The notes under the pieces were generated by a model. The model saw nothing but the letters and a program-made list of their open reading frames with translations, ran no database searches and was not told the origin of the DNA. DNA of 64,000 nucleotides from a virus, in UHGV virus genome UHGV-0311442; one strand, 5' to 3'. The position numbers were made by a program, and so were the translations under genes. Positions within the stretch are counted from its first letter, which is position 1. The number at the start of each line of letters is the position of its first letter. Below, one piece after another: positions 27,683 through 38,121 of this stretch.

Positions 27683-30400
27683 ATGGACGATATTAGTAAA
27701 TTAACGGGCGACCCCGCCGTAGCTGCAATTCTTCGTAAAACTACGGGCCCAGCACCCCAGCAACAACGCGGTACGCGTAGCGAGGGTGGTTCTACGCCAA
27801 CACGTCAGGAACTTGCAGGAATTGTAAGTTCGCGTATTCGTACTATCAAAAATGCGGAACGTATCTTTGATGCGTTACCTGAACTCGAAACGATTGTTAC
27901 CATTGCAACTTCGAGCTTGCTGTCGACAAAAGACTTAATCAACACCACGTTGATTTACGACAACATCGCAGACATTCCAATTGACTTACGCAATGACCTA
28001 CTGACACCAACGCGTGATTATCATGATAACGTACGTCAATTACCTAAGAAATTATATCAGTGGATTTACGACGCGTTAAAAACAAAAGGCGCAAGTCCAG
28101 TGATGATAATCTCGGACAACGGATTTGACCAGTTGTTCGGTTTAGACGCCAAAGTCGCTACCGAGTCCGTACGTCGTTCTCAAGCTGCCTTTTTCGAAGA
28201 CCAGCTCGGTATTCTCGGCCCAATCAACGGGCAAGAAGACGGGCAACGCGTAGGTGTGGAATCTATACTGAGTCGTGTTCGTGGCCCTGTTAAAGGACCA
28301 CAGTCGCTGAAAATCAATTTCAGTAACCACGATAAGATGTTCTCAGATAAGTTCGAAATGGACATCTCGATCACCGACAACCCACGTATCACGTTACTAC
28401 CCCATGCTTATCGTCGAATCGCTCATGAGAACGCACGTACTGGTCTCTACGGCCAATTAGAGCAAGCCGCATATGAAAAGCCTGCCACACCGACAGGTGC
28501 TACGCCGTATGAAGTTAATCAACAGTTTAACGATCGTCAGCGTGACGCGGCTGAAAAAGGCTTCATTAACTTAGGCGATCTGAACGAAGCGTACAAAGGT
28601 ACACCAAAAACTCAGACTTATGGTGATATTCCGATTATTTCGATGAATGAAAACAACCAAATCGAATATTTCGAATGTCTATTGCCTGCTGAGTCTACCG
28701 CACCGTTGGTTATCGGCGACGACGTTCGTAACCCTATTGGGTTTCTGACCATTATTGACGATATGGGTAACTTCATCAACTCACGTTCTTCACTTTACGG
28801 GGACGCGAACTTTATGAACTACCTTAATAACGATGGCATGACGGACAGTATTATCAACCGCTCTAATTTAGGTTTGGGTAATACCTCTCGTATAACGCCA
28901 GAGATCGCCAACCGTTTAAGTGCCCGTTGTAGCGAGATTGCTGAGAACGAATTTACCCGTGCGTTAAGCCAGGCATTGGGTGGAGCTGAAATCAGCATGA
29001 AAATTACCGAAACTTTCGGTCGTATTCTGCTGGCACGTCACCTCGCAAAACGTCACACACAGGTTGTCTATATCCCGGCTAATAACTTGTGCTACTTTGC
29101 AACGGACTTTAACGAAGATGGTATTGGGGTGTCTATCACCGAACGTTCCTTTATCATCTCTACGGTCAGGATGGCACTGTTGTTCGCAACGATGAACTCC
29201 TCAGTGTTGAACTCAGCACGTCACATGCAATACGACATTGAGTTATCGCCAGACGATATGAACGGTCAGAAAACGGTTGACCAAGTTAAATCAGATATTC
29301 TCAACTCCTATAACCGTCGTTTACCGATGTGGGGTGATATCAATGACGCTTGGTCAATGGGGGCTAATGCCGGGATTGCATTTAACGTGACGGGTAACGA
29401 ATACTACGCCAGTCATAAAGTGTCGGTTTCGGACACAACGCCTGAGTATAAAGTGCCCGATCAACAAATCGATGAAAACTTACTCCGTCGTACTTGTCAC
29501 ATCGCGTGTGTAGACCCGGATCTTGTTTTGACGCCGGAAAACCTGGAATTTGCTTCACAGATTTATTCCAAGTCACTGCTGGTGACTCAGCAAATCGTGA
29601 AAAAACAAGAAATTCTGTCTACGCCGTTAACACGCTACGTGACAAACAGTTTGCAAGCCTCTCCTAAGTTACAAGCAGAGCTGATTCGTGTTATCGTTGA
29701 ATATATTCGCAATCAAAATCCTAATGTAACAGGTGAAGACTTGACCAAACAAACGTCAGAGTATCTGGCGAAGTTCATCAATGGCATGAAGGTCACCTTA
29801 CCACCACCAGACACATCAGCTTCTTCTTCACAAGCGGATCTGTTTGATAAACGCTATGAGTTCATTGAGAAACTGGCGGATCTGGTTGTTACCGACGATA
29901 TTTCGAATATGCTTCAGAATGAAGGTATCGAAATGCAGCCTGATGATCTCAAGACGATGATTAAATCGTTCTATACGCGTAACTGGCTACGCAATCAGGG
30001 CATCGAAACCGATCTGTTTGATTTGATCTACGACGAAGATAAGCGTGGTGAAAACGTCAAGATGATTTCTGATGAAATCGCAGCAGCATCGAAGACGCTG
30101 ATTCAGTTAGCTAAGCGAACAACAGGTAAAGTTGAAACCTTAGCAAAAGCGGCTGATTTGAATCCTGAGGACGCCAATAGCTTCGGCGGGGGTAGCGACT
30201 TCGGTGGCGGCTCTGAAGACGACGGTGGCTTAGGGGGCGATGAGGACTTAGGTGGCGACGATATGGGCGGTGATGAAGACTTGGACATGTCTGATGATGA
30301 AACGACGGAAACCGATACGACAACGGAAGAAGACGTTTCTGCTGAAGACACAGACGAGACGGATACCGGTACAGACGACAACGCCGACGAAACTCTCTAA
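27683..30400 (+). CDS. Large protein with acidic Gly-rich C-terminal tail (905 aa), possible virion protein
   Basis: GGAGA 6 nt upstream; last about 70 aa GGGSDFGGGSEDDGGLGGDEDLGGDDMGGDEDLD...; strong terminator downstream. Confidence 0.8.
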   Translation: MDDISKLTGDPAVAAILRKTTGPAPQQQRGTRSEGGSTPTRQELAGIVSSRIRTIKNAERIFDALPELETIVTIATSSLLSTKDLINTTLIYDNIADIPIDLRNDLLTPTRDYHDNVRQLPKKLYQWIYDALKTKGASPVMIISDNGFDQLFGLDAKVATESVRRSQAAFFEDQLGILGPINGQEDGQRVGVESILSRVRGPVKGPQSLKINFSNHDKMFSDKFEMDISITDNPRITLLPHAYRRIAHENARTGLYGQLEQAAYEKPATPTGATPYEVNQQFNDRQRDAAEKGFINLGDLNEAYKGTPKTQTYGDIPIISMNENNQIEYFECLLPAESTAPLVIGDDVRNPIGFLTIIDDMGNFINSRSSLYGDANFMNYLNNDGMTDSIINRSNLGLGNTSRITPEIANRLSARCSEIAENEFTRALSQALGGAEISMKITETFGRILLARHLAKRHTQVVYIPANNLCYFATDFNEDGIGVSITERSFIISTVRMALLFATMNSSVLNSARHMQYDIELSPDDMNGQKTVDQVKSDILNSYNRRLPMWGDINDAWSMGANAGIAFNVTGNEYYASHKVSVSDTTPEYKVPDQQIDENLLRRTCHIACVDPDLVLTPENLEFASQIYSKSLLVTQQIVKKQEILSTPLTRYVTNSLQASPKLQAELIRVIVEYIRNQNPNVTGEDLTKQTSEYLAKFINGMKVTLPPPDTSASSSQADLFDKRYEFIEKLADLVVTDDISNMLQNEGIEMQPDDLKTMIKSFYTRNWLRNQGIETDLFDLIYDEDKRGENVKMISDEIAAASKTLIQLAKRTTGKVETLAKAADLNPEDANSFGGGSDFGGGSEDDGGLGGDEDLGGDDMGGDEDLDMSDDETTETDTTTEEDVSAEDTDETDTGTDDNADETL

Positions 30401-30426
30401 ATAGCAAAAAAAATAATTCGAGCTTA

Positions 30427-30465
30427 CTCCGACCCTTCTGGGGTCGGAGTGGCTTTTCTTTTTTT
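30427..30465 (+). terminator. Rho-independent terminator, probably bidirectional
   Basis: Stem CTCCGACCC/GGGTCGGAG then TGGCTTTTCTTTTTTTT; A-run on the other side. Confidence 0.85.
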
Positions 30466-30765
30466 TCACCACGCTATCTCGTCTTTCTTAATAGCAAGGT
30501 CTAGCATCACTCCTATTGCTAAGGGATCGTTATCGTACGCCGTCAGTTTCGCTAACAGTTCCGACTGACCTGATTTCTTGACGGCTTTCAGTAGCTCATT
30601 ACGGGCATTATAGTAGATAAGCCAGTATCTACCGTGATTGATTTTGGTGTTTGAATGCTCTAATAAGTAGCGATTAAACTCCATGGTTGCTTTGGTTTCA
30701 GGTAACTCAAAACGAAAACGTGGGCTACGTTCGTAGTCTACATTAATAACGACATATTTAATCAT
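30466..30765 (-). CDS. Hypothetical protein (99 aa)
   Basis: ORF. Confidence 0.55.
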   Translation of the reverse strand: MIKYVVINVDYERSPRFRFELPETKATMEFNRYLLEHSNTKINHGRYWLIYYNARNELLKAVKKSGQSELLAKLTAYDNDPLAIGVMLDLAIKKDEIAW

Positions 30766-30852
30766 TTCCTCATTCCCTCACTATAGTGGGCGGCTATAAT
30801 AAATTGGGGAATAAAAATAAAGGAGGAGAGCCGAAGCTCTCCTGTGGGGCGA

Positions 30853-31137
30853 TTAGACAATAGCGGCAATACGTTCTTCTAACAACAACTTCTCTGCGGC
30901 CATTACCTCCAGTTCCGCAGTGATCAGTTTCACTTGGCGATCGTCAATGAAAATTGGGCGTTTTTCAATGAACTGTTCGCGTTCGTGCATCCGAACTTGG
31001 AGTTGGTATAATTCCAGATTAAGTTGTTGCTTTAAACGAGCGGCGGTATCAATCTCCTTTAACTCAATTTTTGTATTACTATAATCAACATAGGCTGCCA
31101 TGTTACTGTCCTGTGGTGTCTGTAGATTAGGGGGCAC
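30853..31137 (-). CDS. Small coiled-coil protein (94 aa)
   Basis: ORF; heptad-like ELKEIDTAARLKQQLNLELYQLQ. Confidence 0.55.
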   Translation of the reverse strand: MPPNLQTPQDSNMAAYVDYSNTKIELKEIDTAARLKQQLNLELYQLQVRMHEREQFIEKRPIFIDDRQVKLITAELEVMAAEKLLLEERIAAIV

Positions 31138-31145
31138 GAAGCCCC

Positions 31146-32798
31146 TTAGTAACGCACTGGTGCGGTAATTTCACCATTGCTAAGCAGTGTATACGATGCC
31201 GACGGGGTAGCCAGCTTCACAATAGCTTCAGGTGCGCGTTGGTTAATTGCTTCATAGATACCGACAATAGGTTCAAACGCATTACCGAAGGAGGAAATCT
31301 CTACGATATTGCGTCCTTTTGCAGACGGGTAATCCGCAGGCAGCTGGATAGTGTAAGTTACGCGGCAAATTTCAATAGCACGATCGTTAGATTTCAGACG
31401 GAAGTGCAGCTTACGAACAGAACGTGCAACCAGCAAGCACAGTTCGCGGAAGAAATCCGCAGCCGTGGTTACGCCATTTTCACCGATAGTGCGCGGGAAC
31501 AGCGTGTCACGGAAGTATTCGAGATCGCTTAAGTTACAATCGAATTGTACAAATTTCGTACCTGGAATTCCTTTACCGTAGTTTGTCGCAACAGAAATCG
31601 CGTTATGAACCAAAACCGTGAGTGTTGCGTTAAACTGCTGACAAAACTCCACACAGCTTTGTTTCAGTGTATCCGGCTCCTCTGCCTGAGTATTGAAATA
31701 TTGCAGTAGGCGCTCAGACATTTTACGGATGCGGAACACCTCATCGATCGTACGCTTCAGCATTTCTTCCGGATCGTCAATATCGCGAATATCTTCGATA
31801 CCATCGATTGCCTGGCGGGTGGCAGTATAAAATTCTTGAAGGTAAGTTTTGCTCGAATCCGTACTCACCATCGGGAACAATTTATACTCGCTTTCGGTTT
31901 TCACCATCACATCCGCTTCATCATAAACGCAATAATCGACGTCTTCATTATCGATGATTTCGTCAACCTTTTCTGACCAATTGTGATGGCTAGAATACGG
32001 TGAATTTTTGATGCGTTCATTGAGTTCTTTCGGCGTAAGAATATTTTTCTTAATCTGTTCTCTAAGTTCGTGATCTAAATAGTCTTCCACAATTTCCACC
32101 CGGAAATGATCGATGATAGGTTTATTGTAACGTTCGACAAGTTCTTCGATAGTTTTCTCGTCGAGCTCACGCGGCTTGTTAGCTTCCACCATAGACTGCG
32201 AAACAGTCGGTTTAGGCTGTGCCTGTTGCACGGGTTGCTGTGCAGGTTGTTGTGCAGGCTGGCCGAAGTTACCTTGCGGTTGCGGTGATTGTTTCTGTGC
32301 CGCTGTGCGCGGATCGTAAGTTGACATTGGGATAGAACCCCCTTGTACCGCTGGTGCTGGTTGTGGACTACCATAGCCGCTGCCTGGGAAGCTAGACGCT
32401 GGCATCGCTAAGCTCGGAGACCCACCCATTGCTGGGCCACCAAAAGTGCTCGATTGCGCCATAAGCTGTTTAGCTTGCACCGCATACTGATTCGCCGTAC
32501 GGAATTCCTGTTCCAGCTGGCTGTGAATACGCGGGTCCAGTGGCTGCATACCACGCCCCAGTAAGTCACTATACAGCGTCGATTTAAAAGTTGCCAGAAT
32601 CGCCGATGCAGTTTCGTTATCTGGACGACGGTTGTATACAAACCACGTGGCGACGGTAACGGCATTATCCATGTATTTGTCGTCATTCAATCCAGCAGCA
32701 CGTGCTTGATTACAAAGATACGATAAAAGTTCATCACGACCACTGGAGATCGTGCTATAGATGTGGTTACGAATTACGTCTTTATTGACAGTTGCCAT
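31146..32798 (-). CDS. Hypothetical protein with Pro/Gln-rich linker (550 aa)
   Basis: ORF; low-complexity linker SPQPQGNFGQPAQQPAQQPVQQAQPKP. Confidence 0.7.
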   Translation of the reverse strand: MATVNKDVIRNHIYSTISSGRDELLSYLCNQARAAGLNDDKYMDNAVTVATWFVYNRRPDNETASAILATFKSTLYSDLLGRGMQPLDPRIHSQLEQEFRTANQYAVQAKQLMAQSSTFGGPAMGGSPSLAMPASSFPGSGYGSPQPAPAVQGGSIPMSTYDPRTAAQKQSPQPQGNFGQPAQQPAQQPVQQAQPKPTVSQSMVEANKPRELDEKTIEELVERYNKPIIDHFRVEIVEDYLDHELREQIKKNILTPKELNERIKNSPYSSHHNWSEKVDEIIDNEDVDYCVYDEADVMVKTESEYKLFPMVSTDSSKTYLQEFYTATRQAIDGIEDIRDIDDPEEMLKRTIDEVFRIRKMSERLLQYFNTQAEEPDTLKQSCVEFCQQFNATLTVLVHNAISVATNYGKGIPGTKFVQFDCNLSDLEYFRDTLFPRTIGENGVTTAADFFRELCLLVARSVRKLHFRLKSNDRAIEICRVTYTIQLPADYPSAKGRNIVEISSFGNAFEPIVGIYEAINQRAPEAIVKLATPSASYTLLSNGEITAPVRY

Positions 32799-32837
32799 TA
32801 TTATACTCCTGTTACGTCTTTTCTATAATTTAATTCG

Positions 32838-34613
32838 TTAACGGCCAATCTTCGCAATGTCTTCTTCGGTTGCTTGGATCAACTCGTTGAGTTTTGGATT
32901 ACGTACCATCACCAGTTGGGTGTTCGTCTTCATATACGGATTGAGAATACCCGATTTGAACGGTGATGATTTCGGAATGTAATACACGTTACCACATTCC
33001 AGATGAGATGCAGAGGCATGTTTTGTCCGGTCATTAAGGTTAACCGTCTTACCGCCCTTGCTGTTACGTTTTGATTCTGTTTCTGTCTGGCTGATAGCAT
33101 GGGTTGAAACCCCCAGCACCATAGACTCGGTAGAAGCGTTGAAATAACTTACACCGCCATTGCCGGTAATGTTGCGTAATACCAGGCTGGTTACAATGTC
33201 TTTATTCAACGCACTGCGTATCATGTTCGCACAAGACTCCGGTGTTCGATTTTCCGTTTGTCCCAAGTGGAAACGAATCGCTGCGATGGTAGGCGTAAAG
33301 CCACGCTCACCCAATAACAGGTAATCTGTTACGGTCAGACGTTTTCCATACATTGACGGAATATCACCTTGTTTCGTAAGGCGCGTTCTCACCATCAACT
33401 TCGTCGCGTACCAGAAGAAATCAAACATATCCATATCGTCCGGGATATCGGGATCTGACATCATTAACTCGCCACGGAATGTTGAGTTAACGTAACGTTC
33501 ACACTCCGTATAGTGCTTCGTCATGCTGTGTGCCAGTTCAATATCGGACGGTTTAAGTCCAACAATACTTCTCCCCAAAATCTCCCGCCAAATTGCGGAG
33601 GAATTCAGGTTTAGAACATCGTCCTCCATTGCAAGTTCGTTAATCGCGGTAAACAACGGCGGTAAAGGAACAACGTTGCCGTTTTTAATCGCTTGCTTTC
33701 CGCAATAATAGTGCGCTGCTTTAAAGAATGCAGAAATCGCCACGAGTAATAAGTGCTCGTTTTGATCCCATCCCGCTTTATCGAGATTTGGTAAAGCCTC
33801 TGCAGGAACCGTCACTACGTACATAATCGACCGATTATGTTTAGGCTCACCTGAACTGATTACTACTTTTTTATCGAGATCGATTTCAGGTACTTTGAAT
33901 GCAGGATATATCTCCACATCCACGCCAGTATAACGTTTGATGGCTTCCTTAAATCCATAACGTCCGAATAGCCAGTACATTAACGGCTTTTCGTCCGTGT
34001 CAGGATGTGTGGCGTTTTTGGCTTTAAACAAATTGTTTGTTCCGGGTAAGAACAACTCTTCTTTCTTCCCATTCACTAAAATCCGTACCGGGTGCTTACA
34101 GAATTTTAATGACGCTTTACGTTTAAAGTCAAAATTAACAAACACCCCGCCGTGCTCACGACAGATACCCGGCTGATGAATAACAGGTGCAACATGATAC
34201 GTTGTTCCGTAATAGTTCATCAACCCACCACGACGAATGAAAGGCAAGTTAATCGGTCTTGAGATTGGTCTTGAGTCTCCAGGAATACGGAACGACGACA
34301 TGACCATATACGCATCGGTATTCGCGATAGACATCACACCACGACGCTTATCCATCCTGCTGCTCTCTGAACGAGACAGCTTATAGATAAAAGTTTCGAA
34401 CGGCGACATTAAACGAACACCCAACACGGCCAAGCCTTCAGGAACACGAGGGTTCTCTACAGGATGGTAATCTAGCTCACGTTTCAAGATACGATGTACA
34501 CGATCGTGAATACCATCTTTGGCTTGTGTATAACCGACTCCTTCCGCAATCGCACGGTTAAAGGGTACTATTTTACCACTCTCTTTAAGCTTTTTGATTG
34601 CATCTTTAAACAC
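32838..34613 (-). CDS. Hypothetical protein (591 aa)
   Basis: ORF; GGAG 7 nt upstream. Confidence 0.7.
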   Translation of the reverse strand: MFKDAIKKLKESGKIVPFNRAIAEGVGYTQAKDGIHDRVHRILKRELDYHPVENPRVPEGLAVLGVRLMSPFETFIYKLSRSESSRMDKRRGVMSIANTDAYMVMSSFRIPGDSRPISRPINLPFIRRGGLMNYYGTTYHVAPVIHQPGICREHGGVFVNFDFKRKASLKFCKHPVRILVNGKKEELFLPGTNNLFKAKNATHPDTDEKPLMYWLFGRYGFKEAIKRYTGVDVEIYPAFKVPEIDLDKKVVISSGEPKHNRSIMYVVTVPAEALPNLDKAGWDQNEHLLLVAISAFFKAAHYYCGKQAIKNGNVVPLPPLFTAINELAMEDDVLNLNSSAIWREILGRSIVGLKPSDIELAHSMTKHYTECERYVNSTFRGELMMSDPDIPDDMDMFDFFWYATKLMVRTRLTKQGDIPSMYGKRLTVTDYLLLGERGFTPTIAAIRFHLGQTENRTPESCANMIRSALNKDIVTSLVLRNITGNGGVSYFNASTESMVLGVSTHAISQTETESKRNSKGGKTVNLNDRTKHASASHLECGNVYYIPKSSPFKSGILNPYMKTNTQLVMVRNPKLNELIQATEEDIAKIGR

Positions 34614-34623
34614 GCCATGCTCC

Positions 34624-35634
34624 TTACGTTAGCATCCCTATAAATGCGACACCCGCCGCCAAATACGCAGGGACAGATTTAAATAGGTCTGAGCCGTCCT
34701 TACGAATGTAAGAACGCGTCTCGTAGAATTCTTTACGCGCCTCAGCCCGTGACTTCGCTTCCAATTCCTGTTGCTTGAATGCTAAAGTCAATCGCTCCTT
34801 TTCTAAAGCCATGCTCTGTAGTTGTTTCTTGTGTTCCAATTCTAACTTGTCTTTTGCCGAATCCAAGCTTTCTAATTTTTCTTTGTACTGCTCCTCTAAA
34901 CGTTGCTTAATCTCAAAGAGGCCGGGAACTGCTTCTTGCCATCGAAACGCGTCCGCCGTTGCCTCATCCTTAAATAATCTAAACGGTGAAGTAATGTCGT
35001 CAAATTCAAAATGAATCATTCGACTCCCTTCCACCCTCGTTCCACCTCCTATTATCATGTAAACGCCCGGTTCATAATAGCGTGACGTTATTGGTTCGAT
35101 TTTCATTTTCGTACCGTAGAAACGTAGCCACCGATAATTGTCAGGCTCGTCGTAGCGTTGCACAACAACAACACCCAATGTAAATTCAGTGCGCTCACCT
35201 CCAGGGCGCATAGTTGGGGGTTTACTATCTAAGCGTATCGGTGTTGTTGAGAAAGCAAAGCCTAACTGCTTTAGTACAACCAAATCTCCTCGCAGCAACG
35301 CACCAACGTCGTTTACTGCATACTCTAACGTTACCTCCCCTTTTTCTTTCAATTGGTCGCAAAAGCGAGAAAACTGTTTTCCCGGCATCAGTTCAGCAAA
35401 CCCATTGAGATTCGCGCATCTTCCGTATGATTGATACGTAACGTAAACGATAACCCCATGCTCATCAGCGGGGTTTTTCGAAGCATTTAAAATAAAGCTA
35501 CCGCCACTGGTTTCAGTGACGTGGATAGGCACGCCAGTGTTATTTTCAAACGTAACAAGTTTCCTCAATCCTGACGTTTGATACAACGAGCGTTCAGAGA
35601 TACTGGGCACCACATCAATATCAAGACGTTTCAT
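34624..35634 (-). CDS. Protein with C-terminal coiled coil and hydrophobic C-terminal anchor (336 aa)
   Basis: About 80-aa coiled coil, then terminal VPAYLAAGVAFIGMLT. Confidence 0.6.
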   Translation of the reverse strand: MKRLDIDVVPSISERSLYQTSGLRKLVTFENNTGVPIHVTETSGGSFILNASKNPADEHGVIVYVTYQSYGRCANLNGFAELMPGKQFSRFCDQLKEKGEVTLEYAVNDVGALLRGDLVVLKQLGFAFSTTPIRLDSKPPTMRPGGERTEFTLGVVVVQRYDEPDNYRWLRFYGTKMKIEPITSRYYEPGVYMIIGGGTRVEGSRMIHFEFDDITSPFRLFKDEATADAFRWQEAVPGLFEIKQRLEEQYKEKLESLDSAKDKLELEHKKQLQSMALEKERLTLAFKQQELEAKSRAEARKEFYETRSYIRKDGSDLFKSVPAYLAAGVAFIGMLT

Positions 35635-35761
35635 GGGAACCCAAGCTAAATTTTAATGATGACACATATCTTTAGTTTAAACTGTATTTTTTCCATACAT
35701 ACTCCTTTAAAACCAACTGACCGTCTCCCTTTAATAATATCTATCCAAAAAATAATAGAAA

Positions 35762-35806
35762 GAAAAAAATAAAAGGTCTAAGCCCCGAAGGGCTTAGACT
35801 CTTTTT
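35762..35806 (-). terminator. Rho-independent terminator, bidirectional
   Basis: Stem GTCTAAGCCC/GGGCTTAGAC, loop CGAA, A-run before and T-run after. Confidence 0.8.
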
Positions 35807-35814
35807 AAGCAAGA

Positions 35815-38109
35815 TTACTTACCAGCAGCAGCTTTGCCTTCGCCAGCAACGTTACCTGCTACACCACCTTCGGTTTGTTTCTGACCGTTCTGTTCAACAG
35901 AAACATTGTAAGCCAGTTTTTCTTCAACCAGTTTGGTGATGCCTTTAACCCAGATCAGACCAGTGATCGGGCAGTGGCAGATGTGCGCGTTACGCGGCTG
36001 TACGGCCAGCTCTTTAGAGGTAGAACCGTTACGCTGAATGTTGATGTTGGTAACCATGATCGGAGACCAGAAGTGGTTACCCCAGTTCAGCACGTTGTAG
36101 GAACCATCGTCCGCAGTCGGAACTTTCAGGAACCATTGCAGACGACGAGTCCAGGAACCGTCAGCTGCGTTGTAGATACGCCAGCGGTCATCGTTGGTGG
36201 TGATCACTTCGTATTCGTAGCGATCGCCCAGCAGACGTTGGTCGCCCTGTACCAGCAGCAGCATAGATGCAGTCGGTTCGTCAGTTGCAATAACAACTTT
36301 CGGCAGAATGTCCGGATCGGCAGTGTACAGACGCAGCGCAGGAATGAAGCGAGATTCCTGGATAGCCTGAGTTACTTGATTACCGATACGCTGTACCAGG
36401 CCCTGACGAGCGTTGATCAGTGCATCTTTGGTATCCAGGGACTGTACAACTTCATCAACGTTGTAGTCAGACTCTTTGAACCACGGAGCAACCCAGTGAC
36501 GGCCCAGACCACGAATGGCCGGTTTGTCCCACGGAGTGATCATGCTTGCAGCAGCGTTACGTACCGCTTCGGTGTAAGACAGCGTCTGAGTAATAGCCAG
36601 CTGTTCGTTACGGATGTTAACTGCGGAAATCAGGTCGTCCAGACGTTCGGTATCGTCGTATTCAACGCCAACCGGAGACTTGGTCAGAATCGGAGAACCG
36701 TATTGCAGTTTGTAGTTTTCTTGTTCCCAGATTGGGTCAAGCAGCAGACCCTGGGTACGACGGTTTTCGTTGGTACGAGTACCATCGAAGCGCCAGCCCA
36801 TCAGTTCAAGTTTCAGACCGTCCAGGATAACTTTGCCGGTACCAGATTTGGTATCAACTTTGTTACCGGTAGCATCGTACAGACCTTCGATTTCCAGTTT
36901 GTGACCAGCGATGTCAACTTTACCACCGAACTGACCGGTAGTGAACAGAGACATGTTGATGGTGATCACATAACGCAGGGTGTAGGAGTTCTGACCCAGC
37001 GCTTGTAGTGCCGGAATAGCTGCACCAGTCCAGTCGGTAGTTTTCGCGTTCAGAGAGAACGCAGTACGACGGAATTGCAGTACCAGCTCACGGCCATCAC
37101 CTTCAGCAGGACGCTGGAAGGTTGCGAACTGCATATCACGAACGTGCAGTTTGATGAACTTACCTGCTTTCGCTTCTTCGGTCGGTTTACGTACGGAAAT
37201 CAGCAGGCTGCCCAGAGCACAACCCGGTGCGATTTCATCAGTTTCGTCGTAACCTTCCTGAACGATACCCGGATGCGCAGACAGCTGGAACAGGTTCAGA
37301 GTGTCTTTAGCAAAGCTCAGGTAGTTAGTCGGGTACGGAGGTACACGGCCCAGGCGAACAGATTCGTTCGGTACCAGTTCTTCGCTTACGAAGTATTCAG
37401 CGTTTTCACCGGTTTCCATTACGTAAGGAACGATGTTGATCGCTTCGTCCTGGAGAACGGTGTGGTCGGTCAGTGCGTTGTGCAGCGGACGACGATGATC
37501 TTCAACAACGTCTTTGCTCAGCAGTGCGTTCATTACACCGCGAGAAACGGTGGTCACTTTGGTACGTACGGTAATACCAACATCGTTAGTGTCAACGGTG
37601 ATGGTCGGGAACAGAGTCTCAGCGAAACGAGACTGAGTTTCCAGAGCACGTACGTTCAGCGTCCAGGTCAGACCCAGGTTTTTGTCGTAGTCTTTGTTGG
37701 TGTAGTATTCCTGAGCGACAACCATACGCTCTTTGCCCCAGTCGCCGTTACCAGCTTGGGAACCAGGAATCGCAACGTCCAGGTTAAAACGGCTATGGAA
37801 TTCTGGTTTAGCGTATTCTTGCGCTACTTTTTCTTGCAGGTCCATACCGTGACCAGCAGCACCCAGAATCATTGCAGAAGCAACTTCCGCAGCGTGGGAC
37901 ATTTTCTTACCGCCAGCAAACGCGTTTGCGTAGTGCTGTGCAGCGTCGTCACGCAGGGTACCAAAAACTTTCGTGTTGCTACGTACAGATTCACCAGCAA
38001 CGATGGTGTTCCACATTTCGCCAGCACTGTTGTTACTAATGACGCTTTGTACCAGCGAGTTACCAGCTTGTACGAGTTTCTCCAGATTAGAGATTCGGGT
38101 ATCTTTCAT
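35815..38109 (-). CDS. Highly expressed structural protein (764 aa); major capsid or tail sheath candidate
   Basis: Strong bias to E. coli-optimal codons (CTG, GGT, CGT, AAC, GAC); own terminator; size fits a jumbo-phage capsid or sheath protein. Confidence 0.75.
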   Translation of the reverse strand: MKDTRISNLEKLVQAGNSLVQSVISNNSAGEMWNTIVAGESVRSNTKVFGTLRDDAAQHYANAFAGGKKMSHAAEVASAMILGAAGHGMDLQEKVAQEYAKPEFHSRFNLDVAIPGSQAGNGDWGKERMVVAQEYYTNKDYDKNLGLTWTLNVRALETQSRFAETLFPTITVDTNDVGITVRTKVTTVSRGVMNALLSKDVVEDHRRPLHNALTDHTVLQDEAINIVPYVMETGENAEYFVSEELVPNESVRLGRVPPYPTNYLSFAKDTLNLFQLSAHPGIVQEGYDETDEIAPGCALGSLLISVRKPTEEAKAGKFIKLHVRDMQFATFQRPAEGDGRELVLQFRRTAFSLNAKTTDWTGAAIPALQALGQNSYTLRYVITINMSLFTTGQFGGKVDIAGHKLEIEGLYDATGNKVDTKSGTGKVILDGLKLELMGWRFDGTRTNENRRTQGLLLDPIWEQENYKLQYGSPILTKSPVGVEYDDTERLDDLISAVNIRNEQLAITQTLSYTEAVRNAAASMITPWDKPAIRGLGRHWVAPWFKESDYNVDEVVQSLDTKDALINARQGLVQRIGNQVTQAIQESRFIPALRLYTADPDILPKVVIATDEPTASMLLLVQGDQRLLGDRYEYEVITTNDDRWRIYNAADGSWTRRLQWFLKVPTADDGSYNVLNWGNHFWSPIMVTNINIQRNGSTSKELAVQPRNAHICHCPITGLIWVKGITKLVEEKLAYNVSVEQNGQKQTEGGVAGNVAGEGKAAAGK

Positions 38110-38121
38110 TTGTTTAATACC

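Noticed and set aside
30180-30400. Gly/Asp/Glu-rich C-terminal tail of the 905-aa protein as a repeat array
   Set aside because: It is a low-complexity acidic tail, not a periodic nucleotide repeat.
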